From Amphiscolops sp. MND2022 (taxonomy: Eukaryota): a stretch of 64,000 nucleotides of DNA. The position numbers were made by a program, and so were the translations under genes. The notes below the pieces were generated by a model, which saw only the letters and a program-made list of their open reading frames with translations, did no database searches and was not told where the DNA came from. The stretch's first letter is position 1; every line of letters starts with the position of its first letter. The DNA is taken from assembly GCA_964187785.1 (NCBI GenBank), contig OZ076409.1, positions 23,438,001-23,502,000 of the forward strand, given 5' to 3'. This document shows positions 60,401 to 64,000 of the stretch, in pieces.

Positions 60401-63400
60401 GAGCTTTTTTGCACTTCAATCACACACTCACAATACAAATACAACCACAATTGACTTAGGAAGATCTGATAGTGAAGAAGGTTTGTTTATAAAGGTTTTC
60501 CCCCTCCTTCCAGATGAACCTTGTCCCGGAAAGCATCTCCACGAAGAGAGTACCTTTCACCAACAAGTTCACTGACTTCAAGACAATGATGTGTTTTGAC
60601 AGAAAATTGCGAATTCCGAAGAAGCTGAGATGGGATCATACCCCGATTCTCATTTAAGGACTGTGCAGGTAATTTTTAAGTCTTCCCTGTTGTCAGGACT
60701 CTTGAGGCTTTAGTTCCAGGCATTGTCTACTGAGCAACCGTAGTTGACACTTAACAGTAGCACTCATACGCTGGTGACAGCTCTGCCGGGAATGCTAGCA
60801 CTCGAAAACAGAACTTTCATTCCACTCGTGAAGGCAACCTCGAACAGAGCCAGTCGTCGAGTAGTTCTTCTGTCACTTTGATTTGCTTGTCCGCTTTCAA
60901 AAGTTCAAAGAACCCAAGCAACTTTTCAGACAACCTCGGGATGTAGTTGCGGTAATAATTGACAAAACCGATGTTTCGTTGTACTTTCTTCTTTGATTTT
61001 GGAAATCTCACGTTTGCCAGGATTTTTTGTATTTTATGATCCTGGGGGGCAATTCCTGTGGTTTGATTGTTCTTCCGAGGAATTTGACTTTAGTTACTCC
61101 GAAGTGGCATTTGTCAATGGATAGTTTGAGTCCTGCTTGTCTGATGCATTCGAAGACGGCTCGGATGTTCCGTATCATTTGCGTCACAGAATTGGCTGCA
61201 ATTCCATATCGTCCACATATTGCGCACACTGGTCAACTTTGATTAGTTTATCCAAGTATTCTCTCATGAAGCTTGAAAATGCAGACAAGGCTCTGCTCAG
61301 TCCTTGTGCTAAGCGTTTGTAGGCAAACGTCCAGCTTGCGAAGTTGAAAGCTAACATTTCAATTGACCTCTGGTCAGCCATTTGTAGGCAATGATATGCC
61401 TGAGAGCAATCTAGTTTGCAAAACAACTTTTTACCAGCTAGGTGTTGGGCTGCGTCTGACAGGGTGCTGACTGTATGATTGTTGTTGATGTAATCATTTG
61501 AGATCAATGCGTTTATTTTTCGTAGGTCGACAAGTAGACGTAACTTGCCGTTTGGCTTTCGCTGTGCGAAGATTGGACTTGCATATTTTGAAATTTATAG
61601 GGTCGTTATTATGCCGTGCCTGTGCATTAGTGCCAATTCAACAGTTAGGTCCTCTTTCAAGTTTATTGGTACTGGCAGGCTTTGCATATAAATTGGACGC
61701 TCGTCCTTCGGAATTAGTTTCACTTTGAAATTGTTGTTGATTCCATTGTCCAGTCGATGACGCGCAAAGATGTCGTTTTATTCGACTATTGTTTGTTCAA
61801 GTTGCTTTCTGTCGTTGCCTTCAATTTGAGAGCCTTCCCATTGGAACATGTCAAGAAATTTCTTTCTTGATTCTTGGTCGTTTGTTGGGTCTAAGTCTTC
61901 TTTCTTGATGAGCTCACGTATTTCCTTCAGTATTCGTCGTTGTATTGGCGTATGTTTGGCTTCATTTCCTGGGTTTTCAGGTGTGGGGAACCAGAGGTTC
62001 TCATCATTTTGTTCTGTTTCACTGGATTTCATGAGTTCGTTTAGATACATGTGTGTGTCATCAGGGTCTTCTAGCAGTTTGAGTGCAGCGGCGTCAACTG
62101 GTCGAATTTGTTTCGTGTCTTCAGGTTTGAGGATTTGTAGTTCCGCCAGTTTTGTATGGTTCTTTATTGTGTGAGGGAAGTCCGTCAAGTTGGCGATTCT
62201 GATGTTGAGTCTTTTATTGTAGGCGGTCGCTAACGCTGGTGCTACGATGATTGTCGCTGTTTCGTCGAATAGTGGTAGTTGTTGTACCGCACCAGTGACG
62301 TCATTCAAGTTTGTGGTGATTACTATCGCGTTCACTGTTGTTGTTTGTTGGAGTAACAGCGTTTGATACCCTTCTGCCATTATTTGAAGCGTTTTTGGAT
62401 TGCAATTTTTCATTTTGTCTGTCATAGCTAATGTCATTTCGACGTGTGGGAAATTGATTGTCCCATTGGCTGTGTCAATTACTGCCTGGTGGTTTCTCAT
62501 GAAATTCAGTCCTATGATTGGAAATAACGTTTTCGATAGGATGACGAATGTGTCCGTGAAGGTGTATGTTCCAATGTTGAATTGGATGTCCGCTGTGGCT
62601 ATGGGTTGCTCTAATTGTGCGTTTGCGCATTCAATTTTGAAAGAGGGTTGAGGGTACTCCTCTATCACTATTCATTTTGATTGCATTATAATCTGACCAG
62701 GACATGACGTTGATGAACGCGCCTGAGTCAACGAGTCCATCCATTGTTATTTCGCCAAATTCAAGTGGCAAATACAGCATTCTGCGTCGTTTCTTGAGTA
62801 CTATGGTCGAATGAAGTGGTATGCATGTTTCTCTTTCTCGATTACGTACTCTTTAATTGAATTAAGTGAGGCGGGGAAGTCGTCTGGGAAGATAGGTATC
62901 TTGGTGGAGCCGTTAGTATTTTCCTTAGTTGGTTGAGACGGTGATTGATCGCGGGGGCGTTTTCGTTTTGTTCTACTTGTGTTGCGATGGACTGTTCTGT
63001 GATGATGGGGGAGCGCTAGTCAGGAAGGTTCATGTGTTGTTTATGGTCGCCTCTGTAGTCTTTATCTTGGGTGTAAAGTTTTCTTTGTTCGATTTGTGGA
63101 TGTGGTTTTCTTATAGAGGCGATTGCTTGTCGTCTCGGCCAATCCTCCGTTGGGGTGCCATTGCATTCGATTGTTGTATCATTTCCGTATGTGGTAGGGG
63201 GACCATCCGTTGAATACGCCCTCGCGTCTACTGTTTCCCCGAAGCGCAGGCGCGGCGTAATTAGTTTTTTGAGTCGTCGACAGAAGTAGCTGTCGTTGGT
63301 TGGACGGAGTTATCCGTCTTTCGTTCTTGTGTAGGATGACGCTCAGGTCGCGGATCATTGGCAGAGTTGGCTCCATTCCAGCAACCGTTTTGTGTGGTTT

Positions 63401-64000
63401 GCGGCAAGCGTCGCATTTGAGCGGTCTGCCTGTACTGTTGTTAGCTTGTCCGTTATTTTTCCTGGTTTGCAGCCATTTAGATCGTTTCATTTTCCTGCAT
63501 TCGGCTTTGAAGTGCCCAAATTTAATGCAATAGAAGCAGTATTCTGTTTTGGTGTTCTGCGTAGTGTTTTCACCTTGCTTCAGCTCATTTTTCGTTTGGG
63601 TTGGTTCTATTTTATTTAGGGGTATCAGAGTCACCTCGTCCGGCGCTCCAAGGCCGTTAAGCCGCATTTCTCTTTCTAAGTGGAGCACTATATCGTTATA
63701 GGGTTTGTCCTCAAGGTACGCTCTATTGAGTATTTTCTTGGCGTGATCGGGCATTTTCGCGAAAATTGCCTTCTCAATGAATTGTTGGGCTTCCGATCCA
63801 AAGGCCTCTTTTGCTGTTTTTTGGAGTACATTCAAAATTTTGTGGAGTTTTTGTGTCGAGGGATCGAGTTTATGCGCGTCCCATTCACATCTGGCTTTTG
63901 CCATTGACAAGTAGTGGCCAAATCGACGCTTGAAAATTGTCATTATTTTGTCTAACGAGTCTTTTTTTGAGTCCTCTATATTGCAGAACGCTTGCAGGGC
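57500..64000 (-). mobile_element. Degenerate Ty3/Gypsy LTR retrotransposon gag-pol
   Basis: Minus-strand order: gag with CFYCIKFGHFKAEC knuckle (63179-63943), protease LVDSGA (~62725), RT (KLDCSQAYH, LAQGLS, YVDD; ~60860-61750), RNase H (KDASF, CKEFLAI, DNRSV, NTAADFLSR), integrase (H..C..C, LSDKGSQF, WIGPY). PR-RT-RH-INT is the Gypsy order. Many disabling mutations; runs off the window end. Confidence 0.95.
60060..60855. mobile_element. Unclassified ~796-bp insertion interrupting Gypsy pol
   Basis: The pol peptide VTEELLD|HYKAINATL is split, and gtcgagt is duplicated at 60053-60059 and 60856-60862. Confidence 0.8.

Noticed and set aside
60480..60530. Walker A-like GSSGRRGKT on the minus strand of the orphan insertion
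   Set aside because: The spacing is non-canonical and there is no extended open frame or Walker B support.

Overview
AT-rich, intron-containing eukaryotic (animal, probably invertebrate) genomic DNA, dense in transposons. Two host genes can be reconstructed on the + strand with phase-consistent GT-AG introns. The first is an 11-exon PHF20/PHF20L1-like chromatin reader (3271-16978, about 1377 aa; two Tudor/chromo-barrel domains, four C2H2 fingers, one PHD finger). The second is a 7-exon Spinster-family MFS transporter (35412-45056, about 550 aa). Its last two exons are repeated in a 3035-bp tandem duplication, and its first intron holds a perfect 249-bp palindrome. Between the genes lie a 10 x ~794-bp tandem array and a degraded CR1/L2-type LINE with a 2A-like (GDIEINPGP) motif. 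The last 13 kb appear to be one decayed minus-strand Gypsy LTR retrotransposon. Between integrase and the putative 3' LTR it seems to carry ~6 kb of cargo, including an antisense, intron-containing zinc-finger gene, and the LTR itself contains a long ORF. Other mobile DNA includes Tc1, Merlin/ISXO2 and RTE-like relics, foldback MITEs, and many copies of two Helentron/DINE-1-like non-autonomous families. All calls were made by eye; no database searches were run.
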